This document shows positions 63,276-64,000 of a stretch of 64,000 bases of DNA, piece after piece. The stretch's first letter is position 1; each line of letters starts with the position of its first letter. A program made the translations under genes and the position numbers. The notes below the pieces were generated by a model. It had not been told where the DNA came from, did not search any database, and saw only the letters and a list, made by a program, of their open reading frames with translations. Origin of the DNA: Vicugna vicugna (taxonomy: Eukaryota); contig MU062133.1 of NCBI GenBank assembly GCA_013265495.1, positions 15,945,885 through 16,009,884 on the forward strand, given 5' to 3'.

Positions 63276-64000
63276 AGAGTAAAGAAAATGTCTTGTAATG
63301 GCCTCCCAGTGAGAAGAGGCCTTGGACTTGCCTATCTTCAGACACAGACCTGAGTCTAAGTTGGGAACAGTGGGGAGGGAGGAAGGCAGGTGGCTGGGGA
63401 AGGTGGACTCGGGGCCGGGGGGGATCCATCGATTGGTGTGCTGCAGGGTCCGTGGGGGCAGGAGGGGCTTGGAGAGACCCAGGCAGAGAGGTAGGCAGTA
63501 GAGAGCACGGTCACCGCCAGAAGGAATGCGGTGGATGTCAGGGAGCAAAAGGACAATCATGTATCTCTTCACAGGAAGGTGAGAAAGCAGAGAGCTTAGC
63601 AGAACCTCCTTGTCTCCACCAGAGAAGGGGCGAAAAGATGGATGAGCAGAATGACCGAGAAGGTCGCACTGCCCGGGTTGTGCCAAGGGTCAGGCAGGAC
63701 CCCGTGCTGGAGACGGCTTTCTGTTTCACACCCTGGGAAGGAACGACATCCCAAGTCCCAGCTTTTGTGAGGTAAGTTATTCGGGGGCAAGTTGGTGCAG
63801 GAGGTACTGGGAGTTATCTGCTTAGAGAGCTTTTGGGGACAGGGACACTCTTCCTGCCTTAGAAGCGTCCAGCTGGGAGGCAGGTGTATGGCCGCACAGG
63901 GACCGGCAGTGTGCGCACACGTGGTGCTGGGAGAGCAGAGGGAGGGGGGCCTACACCTGGGGTGCTGATGAAGAAGGCTTTATGGAGAAGGAGGTGCTGA

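Noticed and set aside
61790-63780. Plus-strand consensus donor sites (for example CAG|GTAAGT near 62560 and GAG|GTAAGT near 63770) suggesting an antisense transcript
   Set aside because: They are isolated motifs, one within L2-like sequence, and I could not build a coherent exon chain from them.

Overview
Mammalian (placental, probably laurasiatherian) genomic DNA with two short assembly gaps. The window holds the 3' part of the gene GALNT14 (polypeptide N-acetylgalactosaminyltransferase 14) on the minus strand. Thirteen coding exons (3-15 by human numbering, recalled) were traced by hand from 61059 to the stop codon at 16689. All have GT-AG boundaries and matching phases, total 1360 nt, and keep the DxH (DSH), WGGEN and lectin motifs. 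A poly(A) signal lies at 16316-16321, and 1-16300 is intergenic. The rest is mostly ancient repeats (L1MB, L2, MIR, MLT1, MER21, MER20, MER5A); I recognised no young lineage-specific SINE. No novel protein-coding system is supported. The notable features are: (1) an approximately 0.7 kb inverted duplication of mostly non-transposon sequence inside intron 13, with blocks 91-95% identical, able to fold the pre-mRNA into a long duplex; (2) an exact 14-nt tandem duplication of the exon 5 splice donor, creating a competing donor that causes a frameshift; (3) a young tailless 5S rRNA retrocopy with a target-site duplication; (4) an intragenic CpG island next to exon 10. Repeat boundaries are approximate and family names come from recalled consensus sequences, not a database search.
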